Positions 18,180 through 27,437 are shown, counted from the stretch's first letter. The stretch is DNA of 64,000 bases from an uncultured Verrucomicrobiae bacterium (GCA_963702845.1 OY969763.1:4480001-4544000), one strand, 5' to 3'. Notes: generated by a model not told the origin, from the sequence alone. Made by a program: numbers and translations.

Positions 18180-19967
18180 CGATCACGTTTGCAATCTTGT
18201 TCGCTGTTAGCCTGGCTTTATTAATTTTTCTCGCGCTCAAAAACCAGCGACTGGAGGCAGAACTGAATCGCGTAAACACCGAAACGCAGCAGGCAATCGC
18301 GGCTGCCGAAAAAGCCGGCGAAGATCGGGTGTCGCTTGTTCGACAGCAGGCGGAAGCAGCCGTTTCACAGGCTCAGAGAATTGTTGATCAACAGTTCACT
18401 CAATTCCAGCAGGATGCTGATCGGGTGCGTGAGTATTACGAAGTCGAGGCCCGCAAGGTTCAAGCTGAAGCAAGCGCTCAAGCCGCAGAAATCATTGCCG
18501 AGCTGGAGCCCTTACGGCGCTACCAGCACCTTCGTGACGCCGAGCAGCAAGCACACCAAGCGCTTTCCATCGCGATGAACGAAGCGAGCGTATTGCGAAC
18601 CGAAGCTCAATCGCTGCTTGAACAAGCGCGTAACGCTGCACGCGCGGAGCGGACGCAAGCTCTGCAACGAGCGAAATCCCTGCGCGAGCAAGCAGACGCT
18701 CTGCTGAATCAAGCCACCAAAGATGCCGGACGCATAATTGCCGAATCGGAAAAGCGCGCGGAGGAAATCGGAGGCGATGCTTACCGTGCGTTGAGAGAAA
18801 AAGACACGCTGGGACAAGCGGTAGAAGCGTTGAGGAATGTGGTTGAAGGCTACGGAAACAAATACCTAGTGCCGACGCACAGCTTATTGGACGACCTTGC
18901 AGCGGAGTTCGGTTACGCTGCTGCAGGCGAGTCATTAAGGTCTGCCCGTGATCTATCGAGGCGGATGGTCGAACAAGGAGACGCGGCTGCGTGTGACTAT
19001 GTTGAAGCAGTGCGTAAGAACACCGCAGTTCAATTCGTTGTCCATGCATTCAATGGCCGCGTTGATGCAATCTTATCACGAGTGAGGTACGACAATTATG
19101 GGATTTTAGATCAACAGATACGCGATGCGTTTAGCCTTTAGCCTTGTGAACAAAGATGGGCAGGCCTTCAGGAACGCACGCATACTTTCCACTTATCTAG
19201 ATGCCAGACTCGCGGAATTGAAATGGGCCGTCATTGTTCAAGATCTAGCGCGCCAACGTCAGGAAGAGCAGCGGGCCATTCGTGAGGAAATTCGCGACCG
19301 CGAACTTGCGGAAAAAGAGCGCAAACAGAAAGAACAGCGAGCTGCGGAAGAAGAAGAATTGAAGCGCAAGGCAGTTGCCGAAGCAGAAGCTCGGTTTGCC
19401 AAGGCAGCAGCGGATGAAAAAGACCAAATGCAGAGGCAACTGGACGAGGCACGCAAGCAATTGGAGGAGGCGACCGCTCAGAAGCTTCAAATCTCGCAAC
19501 AGACGAAGGTCGGACACGTATATGTCCTATCGAACATTGGTTCGTTTGGAGACGGCGATCCGAACGGACGCCGCATGTACAAAATCGGCGAAACGCAACG
19601 GGAACCTGAGGTTCGGGTAAAAGAGCTAGGCGGAGCCAGCGTTCCATTTGAGTTTGACATACATGCGGTAATCGAGACCGAAAATTCGCGGGCGCTTGAA
19701 CATAAACTCCACAAGATTTTTGCCAGCACACGAGTCAACAAGATGAATCTTAGGAAGGAATTTTTCCGAGTGACGCTATCTGAGATTCAGGCCGAACTTA
19801 AAAATCTCAAACAAGGCGTTGATTACATACGTTTGACTTGGACAGAGGAAGCTCGGGCCATGCAGTGGAAAGAAACTCGCGACATTGAAAGCGATGCGCA
19901 CAAGCTTCAAGAATGGGAACAGAATTCCGCCCGGCGCCGATTAGGCACTGATGATGAAATAGCGTAG
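18176..19967 (+). pseudogene. TM-coiled-coil-DUF4041-GIY-YIG (T5orf172) nuclease, PD-lambda-1/SNIPE-like, split by a 7-bp duplication
   Basis: N-terminal TM, AFNGRVDAIL, YLDARLAEL, GHVYVLSNIGSFG, YKIGET, ASVPFEFDIHA, RVNKMNLRKEFF; TAGCCTT repeated at 19132-19145 shifts the frame. Confidence 0.85.
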
Positions 19968-19981
19968 CGTCTCACATCCGT

Positions 19982-20132
19982 AATGTGCTCAGCGACGGTG
20001 ATTGCGTCGTCTTGATCAAAAATTTGAAATTGGGCGGTGCCAATCAGGTTCTCAAAGGCGGCTCCAAATCCATTCGTCTCGTGGACGGCATTTTCATCGC
20101 GCTGAAAGCCTGTTTCGTAAAGAAGGCGTGAA
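19982..20132 (+). pseudogene. phnA/yjdM C-terminal fragment (second decayed copy)
   Basis: [19 protein letters not shown]...LKACFVKKA*; near-identical to 21221-21395 with a 30-nt deletion. Confidence 0.75.
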
Positions 20133-20194
20133 AATCGGACTTCAGGCAGGCAGGTATGAGATGCGCGCGAGGAGTGTGCTTCGAAATTTCGCCA

Positions 20195-20262
20195 GTGACG
20201 CCTGTGACCCGTCCCACATGACGGGTCAAAAGTGCAAAACAATGTTTACAGGCCTTGGGACG
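20195..20262. repeat. GTGACG/GGGACG palindromic element, copy 1
   Basis: TGACCCGTC-6-GACGGGTCA then AATGTTTACAGGCCTTGGGACG; also at ~21459-21530 and ~25001-25086. Confidence 0.8.
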
Positions 20263-20676
20263 CTCACTTTTTAACCCTCAGGCTCTGCTCATATTTTTAC
20301 GACGACGAATACGAGTGGAAGCTGGATTTAAACCAATCGTCCAAACACATCGAAAAAGTCGCCGGCATCCCCGTTTTAGTTTTCGCGAAGAACGGTTACG
20401 GCGTGCTTCGATTTTCTCAGGCACCTATTTTTGCCGGAGGATATGTCACCCTTGCTCAGAAGGCCCCAGTCCTCGCTGCAGTAAAAACCGAACCGGCGTT
20501 GCGTCATAGAGGTAGCAACTTCTTGGTTTGACGAATGGCACAAGTGGTTTGAGGCTGTTTTTCAGGAGGAGGAACTATGGGTGGCTTACGGATGTTACTG
20601 TCGCTTTGTCGGCACCAACGCACCACGGCAATTACCGCTCCGCTCGAGCCAATCTATTTTTAAAGGAGGATCGTTT

Positions 20677-21012
20677 ATGAGAAACCACATACAGATTCTT
20701 TGTGTCGCTGCAATGTTGGCTACGCTTTCCATCGCGCATGCTTATAGCGGTCCGGCGCTTATGGATCCTTCTCCTACATCGCCCACCTCGCCAACGCCGC
20801 CTACGCCTAAACCACCCGCCCCAAAGCCACCTACACCGCCGCCGCCGTCGCCGCCGAAAGACATCACTTTTGATGCGTATTCCTTTGGCCGCGTGAGCGA
20901 AAGCGGATCGTTGGACGCGCGACGGGTGTGGTCGCTTCTTTGGACAAGGATCGATACTGGTGCCGCGCTGGAATCGCTGGTTCATGAAGTTGGACGGGAA
21001 GGTCGGAGATAA
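20677..21012 (+). CDS. Small secreted Pro-rich hypothetical protein
   Basis: AGGAGG SD, signal peptide ending AHA, PTPPPP tract. Confidence 0.5.
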   Translation: MRNHIQILCVAAMLATLSIAHAYSGPALMDPSPTSPTSPTPPTPKPPAPKPPTPPPPSPPKDITFDAYSFGRVSESGSLDARRVWSLLWTRIDTGAALESLVHEVGREGRR

Positions 21013-21082
21013 TGCAGGACCGATGTAGAGCCGCCTGACACTTGATTGCTGTTTGGGCAACACCCGTTACCCTGCTCTCTTA

Positions 21083-21395
21083 ATGAGTAAACCTGTCTGC
21101 CCGATGTGTGAGATGACCGATGTTCTCGAATTTCCTCAAAAATGGGAATGCGTCACTTGCGGTCACGAATGGGAACGCGCGCCTGAACCGGAAGCAGCAG
21201 CCGGCCCGCGCGTCGTCTGCGCTCAGCGACGGCGATTGCGTCGTCTTGATCAAGGATTTGAAATTGGGCGGTGGCAATCAGGTTCTCAAAGGCGGCTCCA
21301 AATCCATTCGTCTCGTGGACGGCGATCACGAGATTGACTGCAAGGTGGACGGCATTTCCATCGCGCTGAAAGCCTGTTTCGTAAAGAAGGCGTGA
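21083..21395 (+). pseudogene. Zinc-ribbon PhnA/YjdM family gene, frameshifted
   Basis: CPMC...CVTCGHEW in one frame, [14 protein letters not shown]...[16 protein letters not shown]...FVKKA in another; break near 21218. Confidence 0.8.
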
Positions 21396-21458
21396 AAATC
21401 GGACTTCAGGCAGGCAGGTATGAGTATGCGCGCGAGGAGTGTGCTTCGAATTTCGCCC

Positions 21459-21530
21459 GTGACGCCTGTGCCCAGTCCCACATGACGGGTCAAAAGTGCA
21501 AAATTACCAATGTTTACAGGCCTTGGGACG
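21459..21530. repeat. GTGACG/GGGACG palindromic element, copy 2
   Basis: Same sequence family as 20195-20262. Confidence 0.8.
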
Positions 21531-21609
21531 GCGCGACGCGGTTGGGAGCTGTCGTCTTGCCAAATGCCGGAACGATCCAGAAGTGGACGCACTGCGTTCA
21601 GCGGACAAA

Positions 21610-21780
21610 TCAGAACGTTTTTGCGTGCTGATGCTTACGTTCTTTTTGATCTTTTTTGGTTTCCCTGCGCAGTTCCGCCTCTGCTTGAAACCAGTGGTCC
21701 TGGCCGCGACCCTCTGGCTTGCCTTCACGTTCCCAGATTTCGAACGCCCGTTTTGAAATATCTTCGAAAGTTATTTTCAT
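21610..21780 (-). CDS. DUF2934-family small protein (56 aa, below the ORF-track cutoff)
   Basis: Manual translation MKITFEDISKRAFEIWEREGKPEGRGQDHWFQAEAELRR... matches the RAYxIWExEGxPxG..xDWxxAE pattern. Confidence 0.8.
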   Translation of the reverse strand: MKITFEDISKRAFEIWEREGKPEGRGQDHWFQAEAELRRETKKDQKERKHQHAKTF

Positions 21781-21933
21781 AACCATCAAGTTATCGCTCG
21801 ACTCGTTTGTTTTCTATTAAGGTTATCGCTGAATTCCTGCGAGAGCATTGAACTTTGCGCGGAGCGTCTACTCCCACCCAACTGATCTTCTGGTTTAGTT
21901 TGCTCTTCAGCTTGGGGGGCGGCACCTGGTCAA

Positions 21934-23862
21934 TCAGCGATGTCGTTGCTCATCAAGAGACCGGGCCAGTTGCAGCACTGAGTCCGAAATGTCCACTTGA
22001 TGTTTTTTTGCCGGTCTCATCTGGCGCAATCCGGTGGGTAATTGTTCCAATTGGGTTCTGCAGTGTTCACGGATTTGTTGCAGCGAAACCGGTGGCGAAA
22101 CCCTTCGTCCTGCACGCATGACCGACTGGAGCAGCGGTTCACCTTGCTGAACATCACTGTCCAATGCGACCACGTCACGGATCATTTGCCCTTTATCGTC
22201 GCTGATTCGATAAACTTGTTTTCGACCCGGCCAAGTCGCCTTTCCTTCGGAGTGCTTGCGCGTGGCATGACCTGCGTATTCCTGAATCTTGTATGCACAA
22301 TCCAGGCAGGGCGCATCGGCGGACGTACATAACTCGCTGCCGATTCCAAAACCGTCAATCGGCGCGTTTGCCTCGAGCAGCCGTTGGATTTCATGTTCGT
22401 TCAGGTGACCACTGGCGAAGATGTGGACTTCGCGCAAACCCCCTTGGTCAAGTATATCTCTTACCGCGAACGCATGTGAGGCCAGGTCGCCGCTGTCGAG
22501 CCTGACGCCATGGATGGCCAAACCTTCTTTCTTCCAGCCCGGAGCCAATTCAACAACTTTGCGCGCTGCCGATTCGGTGTCGTAGGTATCCAACACCAGA
22601 ACGATCTCTTTGGGGTTCGCCCGTGCGAATCGTCGGAAAGCTTCGGCTTCATCCCTGCACGCCTGGACGAATGCGTGGGCCATCGTGCCCGAGAGTGGAA
22701 TGTCAAACATGCGTCCGGCAAGGACATTGGAGGTAGCGGTGAAGCCGGCGAGATAACTAGCGCGTGCGGCTAGGCACCCGGCCTCCGCCCCGTGCGCCCG
22801 GCGCAGACCGAAGTCCACCAAAACTTTTCCCGACGCCGCTAAAACGCAACGCGCAGCCTTGGACGCAACCAATGTTTGAAAATGCAGGAGATTCATGAGC
22901 CGTGTTTCAACAAGCTGCGCCTGCGGCAATGGGGCGGTGATGCGGATTACTGGTTCCTGACCAAAGAACGGTGTTCCTTCCGGCATGGCATCTACGTCGC
23001 CCGTAAAGTGCATCGTTCTCAAGGAATCAAGAAACCGTGGATCGAAACGTTGTGTGTTCGCAAGCCACGCAAGCTCATCCGAATCAAATCGGAGTTCTTC
23101 AAGAAAACGAAGCACCTGCTCCAGGCCGGCGGCGATCAGAAAATTTCGATTGGCCGGTAATTCACGAACGAAGAACTCGAAGACAGCCGTTTCCTCCATT
23201 TCATTGAGAAAATAGCCTTGAAGCATCGTGAGTTCGTAAAGGTCGGTGAGCAGCGCGCTGGTTTCAACGTTCGCTGGCGCAAGTTGATTCATTTGAAGCG
23301 GCACTGCCCCTGCGCGTTTCATTTCCTGTTCGGCCTTCTGTCCGTCGTCCGGTTGTGCGTTTACGGCGCGAATGGCGTCGCGCAGATAATAGACCTTGAA
23401 CCCTCTCTGCCGCGCGCCGAGGACAGTGTACAATACGCAATAATCCGTCGCCAATCCGCCGACGAACAGTCGTGAAATATTTCTTTCGCGCAGTGTGTTT
23501 TCAAATCCTGTGCCTTCGAATGGGGAATAGGTTTCCTCATCGCGGACGCTTGGCTTGGAGACAATCTCCGTTGAAGGCGACAGTTTCAATTGCGGCGAGA
23601 TTTGCGCGCCATGCGAACCCGCAATGCAGTGCTCCGGCCATGGGCCGCCACGGGAATGAAATGAACAGTGGTCTGCCGGATGCCAGTCGCGCGTCGCGAA
23701 AACGGGCAGGCGGCGGCGCGCAAACCGGTCGACATAGTGGTTTAAAGGCGAGATCACTTCGTCGCCCTGCGGGACCGCCAACGCGCCGCCGGGAAGGAAA
23801 TCGTTTTGCACATCCACGATGACGAGTGTGTCTCCATATCGAAGTGAAACGGTGGTGTTCAT
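21934..23862 (-). CDS. Fused nicotinamidase (PncA) - nicotinate phosphoribosyltransferase (PncB)
   Basis: N: VDVQNDF, DWHP, WPEHC, GLATDYCV; C: LLTDLYELTM, DFGLRRAH, GTMAH, GVRLDSGD; single 642-aa ORF. Confidence 0.92.
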   Translation of the reverse strand: MNTTVSLRYGDTLVIVDVQNDFLPGGALAVPQGDEVISPLNHYVDRFARRRLPVFATRDWHPADHCSFHSRGGPWPEHCIAGSHGAQISPQLKLSPSTEIVSKPSVRDEETYSPFEGTGFENTLRERNISRLFVGGLATDYCVLYTVLGARQRGFKVYYLRDAIRAVNAQPDDGQKAEQEMKRAGAVPLQMNQLAPANVETSALLTDLYELTMLQGYFLNEMEETAVFEFFVRELPANRNFLIAAGLEQVLRFLEELRFDSDELAWLANTQRFDPRFLDSLRTMHFTGDVDAMPEGTPFFGQEPVIRITAPLPQAQLVETRLMNLLHFQTLVASKAARCVLAASGKVLVDFGLRRAHGAEAGCLAARASYLAGFTATSNVLAGRMFDIPLSGTMAHAFVQACRDEAEAFRRFARANPKEIVLVLDTYDTESAARKVVELAPGWKKEGLAIHGVRLDSGDLASHAFAVRDILDQGGLREVHIFASGHLNEHEIQRLLEANAPIDGFGIGSELCTSADAPCLDCAYKIQEYAGHATRKHSEGKATWPGRKQVYRISDDKGQMIRDVVALDSDVQQGEPLLQSVMRAGRRVSPPVSLQQIREHCRTQLEQLPTGLRQMRPAKKHQVDISDSVLQLARSLDEQRHR

Positions 23863-24009
23863 ATGACCATTGCTCGAAGTTCATCCGTTCCCTGTATTAA
23901 ACCTCGGGGAGGTTGATTAGGGGTTCAAGGGGCGACATGTTTTTAGAAATCTGCCCGTTGCGCAGGACCAGAACACTCATAGGGTGAACTGAATAGGGAA
24001 AGGACGATC

Positions 24010-24909
24010 ATGAAACTGCAAGCGCGTGCACGGCCCTCAGCACTGGTCATGGAGCGGTCGCGCAGGGGAGCTAGAGTCAAAACGGACGCTGAGCGGGCCT
24101 TCGCCTTTTTGGAAATTAACCAACGCGAGGAAAAACCGCGCAAGGTCGGGTTGACGGAGATTCGCGGGCCGTATTACACGCCGATGGGCAGACGTTATCT
24201 TGAGGACGTGCTCGAAACCATGGGCACCTATGTGGACTCGCTGAAATTTGCCGGCGGGTCGTTTGCTTTGATGTCGCGCAAATGCGTGCGTGAACTGATT
24301 GAGACGTCGCACCGCTTTGAGGTGGAGGTTTCTACTGGCGGGTTCATTGAGCACGTGCTCACCAAAGGCGCAAAGCAGGTCGAGCGATACATCGCCGAAT
24401 GTGCGGAATTGGGTTTTGATACCATAGAGATTTCCTCGGGTTTCATCACCATTCCGATTAATGATTGGGTTCGCCTCATCGAAGATGTTCAGAAGGCGGG
24501 CCTGAAGCCGAAACCCGAGGTCGGCATTCAATTCGGCGCTGGTGGCGCAAGTGAGGTTTCGATCCTCGAACAACAGGGCACTTCTTCCCCGCAATTGGCG
24601 ATTGATCGCGCTAAACGATTTCTCGATGCGGGCGCATCCCTCATCATGATTGAGTCCGAGGGGATTACCGAAAGTGTGAAAACCTGGCGCACGGATGTCG
24701 CGACGCAATTTGCCACCGCACTCGGACTCGAACACCTCATGTTCGAGGCTGCCGATCCGTTGGTGTTTTCGTGGTATATCAAAAACTTCGGTGCTGAAGT
24801 TAATTTGTTTGTAGATCATAGCCAAATCGTCCAACTCGAGGCATTGCGCCGCGGAATTTGGGGAACCGCAGAATTGTGGGGCAAGGTGATTACCTTCAAG
24901 CGGGACTGA
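24010..24909 (+). CDS. Phosphosulfolactate synthase (ComA/Hsa32-like) family protein
   Basis: KPRKVGLTEIRGPYY, LKFAGGS, STGGFIE, IEISSGF, IMIESEG, FEAA, VNLFVDHSQ. Confidence 0.88.
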   Translation: MKLQARARPSALVMERSRRGARVKTDAERAFAFLEINQREEKPRKVGLTEIRGPYYTPMGRRYLEDVLETMGTYVDSLKFAGGSFALMSRKCVRELIETSHRFEVEVSTGGFIEHVLTKGAKQVERYIAECAELGFDTIEISSGFITIPINDWVRLIEDVQKAGLKPKPEVGIQFGAGGASEVSILEQQGTSSPQLAIDRAKRFLDAGASLIMIESEGITESVKTWRTDVATQFATALGLEHLMFEAADPLVFSWYIKNFGAEVNLFVDHSQIVQLEALRRGIWGTAELWGKVITFKRD

Positions 24910-25000
24910 GCCAAGGCAGCATTCGATTCCTCAACACGCAAAAATCACCATTCCCTCAAGGGCGGGACAGTCCTTGGGACCGAAAGCCATGCGGCTCGCC

Positions 25001-25086
25001 CATGGGACGGCTGTGACCCGTCCCATGGGACGGGTCAAAACGCAAAAACAACCAATGTTTACAGGCCTTGGGACGGGGTGACGGGT
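25001..25086. repeat. GTGACG/GGGACG element, copy 3, with a perfect 24-bp palindrome
   Basis: TGACCCGTCCCATGGGACGGGTCA at 25014-25037. Confidence 0.85.
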
Positions 25087-25440
25087 CTAGAGGGGGGGAA
25101 GGGGTATGCCTCGCGTCCTTCGCCCTTGTCGCGCGAAATCCACGTATTCAATTCTGGAAAACTTGTTTTCGGTCATCTTTGGTCACGTTCGGTCACGTTT
25201 GGTCATCTCCACTCTCATTTTCACTCTCACTTTGAAATTTCCTTGGGTTTCGGTGCTGAAAAGTGCGGAAAAGTGCCAATTAGTGCGGTTAAGTGCGCCC
25301 TTCAAAAAAGCAGTTTTTGGTAGCCTGAGGTAAGCGTTTAGATTCCCAAAGAAATATTTTCGCTGGCTTTAACTGGCCTTCACTTGCCTCCGCTGGCTTT
25401 TGCAAACCCGGATCACGTGAAAAAAACAAAACAGTAACAA

Positions 25441-25530
25441 AAGGTAATCGGAGGTAATCGGAGGTAATCGGAGGTAATCGGAGGTAATCGGAGGTAATCG
25501 GAGGTAATCGGAGGTAATCGGAAGTAATCG
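25441..25530. repeat. 10-bp tandem repeat GAGGTAATCG x9
   Basis: Nine consecutive near-perfect units without spacers. Confidence 0.95.
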
Positions 25531-25699
25531 CATGATGCCGTCCTCGAAGAAAATTGCATCGTTTCTGCATCATTTTTGCATCATAAGCGCCATCGCTCCA
25601 CTCGCGCGAAATTCCTCACCGGTCAAATGCGGTAAAGAAACGGTAAACTTTTGCCCAACTTCCAATGGATATCGGGCAGGCGCTTCCTGGCAACATGCC

Positions 25700-26596
25700 T
25701 TACAAAACCAAATCAACCGCGGCGGCGTTGTCTTTGACGTGACTCGGATTCTTACAACCTGGAATCACTGCGGACACCGTCTGATTCTTTAGGCACCAAG
25801 CCAGTGCCCATTGACTCAATTTCACGCCTTCAGGAACCTCCGTGCGGCAGATTTCTGCAACCTCGCGCGTTTCGGTGGTCATTCGCTGTTTATCAAATTT
25901 GGCGACGCGCCAATCTTTTCCAGAAAAGACAGAGTCAGCAGTATACTTCCCGCTCAGCAATCCATGGGCTAAAGGCACGCGCGCTAACACCCCGATCTGC
26001 TCGCGTTCGGCATGCGGGAAATACAACTGTTCAGAGCGACGATCCAGTCGGTTATAGACAACTTGAAACACATCAATGCCCAACCGTCGCGCCTCACGCG
26101 CCTGGGCAACGAGTTCACCCTTTGACGAGATGGAAAGACCAAGACATTTAATTTTTCCGGCAACCTTCTGCTGCCCGAGCATCTCCCAAAGTGGTTCGTT
26201 AAAATATTCTGCGTCAGATCCAGAATGAAACTGATAGACATCGACGTAGTCCGTCTTCAGCGCACGAAGCGACGCCTCAAGCTGCTGACGAACCGCCGGG
26301 GCAGAGAATGCATCAAACTTTTTGGTGTGGTCATAACAATGACCGAACTTCGTCGCCACGATCCAATCCGATCTTTTCCGCCTCGAAAGATAATCACCAA
26401 TAAACCTCTCCGAAAGATGATCACCGTAACACTCCGCCGTATCGATCAAATTGATGCCACACTCATTCGCCTGGTCCAGAATCGCATCGACCTCCGCTTG
26501 CGTAAAATCATGCCCCCAATCGCCACCGAACTGCCACGTCCCCACCCCAACCGCCGACACCGATAAACCCGTTTTACCTAATGGCCGGTATTTCAT
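25700..26596 (-). CDS. Aldo/keto reductase
   Basis: MKYRPLGKTGLSVS, IDTAECYG, VATKFG, LEASLRALKTDYVDVYQFH, PLAHGLLSGK, IPG. Confidence 0.95.
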   Translation of the reverse strand: MKYRPLGKTGLSVSAVGVGTWQFGGDWGHDFTQAEVDAILDQANECGINLIDTAECYGDHLSERFIGDYLSRRKRSDWIVATKFGHCYDHTKKFDAFSAPAVRQQLEASLRALKTDYVDVYQFHSGSDAEYFNEPLWEMLGQQKVAGKIKCLGLSISSKGELVAQAREARRLGIDVFQVVYNRLDRRSEQLYFPHAEREQIGVLARVPLAHGLLSGKYTADSVFSGKDWRVAKFDKQRMTTETREVAEICRTEVPEGVKLSQWALAWCLKNQTVSAVIPGCKNPSHVKDNAAAVDLVL

Positions 26597-26674
26597 AAAA
26601 GAGCCGATACCGTCGCCCGCGCAGCCTGTCAAGCCATTCAGGGCATGAGGCGTTAGCCGCTTTTTAACCATTCG

Positions 26675-27000
26675 ACGTTGTAACCTTCTAACGTTTTAAC
26701 GCTGCAACTTTTCCACCCTCCCAACCTCTTTGCCGCCTCCGCATCCTTCGCACCCTTCGCAAGAAATCTTCACCCACCAAATTAACACCACCTTCGTTGC
26801 CTTAGTTTCCTTCTGTAGAATCTTTCGCCGACTTCGCGTTTTTCGCGGTTCCAATTCCTTCGCCTCCCACTTCGGGGAATCATTCCATCCCAAAGCTCGT
26901 GGATTTGAAGGGCCACTGTCATTTCCTTGTTATCCGACGCCTTTTGATCCGGAGTTACCATTGTTGCGTCCTTCGCTCCCTTCGAAGACTTCGCGCGCAA
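26675..27000. repeat. Cluster of 8- and 9-bp period short direct-repeat arrays
   Basis: acgttgta accttcta acgtttta; gcatccttc gcacccttc; ccttcgttg ccttagttt ccttctgt; tttcgccga cttcgcgtt tttcgcggt; ttcgctccc ttcgaagac ttcgcg. Confidence 0.7.
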
Positions 27001-27403
27001 TCGGTTCAACTTGCAACCCTTGACACATGTCGCTACTTCATGTTAAACCTTGCAGCAGCCGCCGGTGCATGCCGGACGCCTGGGAAAGCGAATGTTCTTT
27101 GAAATCACAAAACTGCGCCAAAGTGGCGCTCGCTCCGTTATTGCATGACGCTTCATCGCGGCCTGTAACGGTTCATAACGCCTCATAACGCCAAAAAATT
27201 AAAATTTTTATTTTTGGTGCCAAAGGGTCAGCCCGATTACGCGGGTGCAAATCGGGGGTGCTACACGGGTGCTAAAGAATTCTGATTTTTCGCACCACTT
27301 AGCACTAAATCGCACCAGTTAGCACCACTTAGCAGTAGTTTTTTTTCGTCTTATTTGCGGCTCTCGGCTTTCGACCTTCGACTCTCGACCGCTCTTTTCC
27401 TGC

Positions 27404-27431
27404 TTGCCTTCTTGCTCCCGAGGACTAGTTT
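27404..27431 (+). promoter_or_regulatory. Putative rpsA promoter
   Basis: TTGCCT-16 nt-TAGTTT immediately before the structured leader. Confidence 0.4.
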
Positions 27432-27437
27432 AACGCT

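Larger units (their letters stand above)
16018..25834. mobile_element. Putative degenerate genomic island bounded by direct repeats of the aldo/keto reductase 3' end
   Basis: Same-orientation gene-end duplication, DUF3631 remnant, defence gene and decayed genes inside; no integrase visible. Confidence 0.45.

Noticed and set aside
20262..20531. ORF 20232-20531
   Set aside because: Starts inside the palindromic repeat; probably a gene remnant that I cannot identify.
25441..25530. Possible CRISPR array
   Set aside because: 10-bp units are contiguous with no unique spacers, and no cas genes are present.
16018..25834. Intact prophage or ICE
   Set aside because: No integrase, structural, relaxase or conjugation genes recognised; at most a degenerate island.
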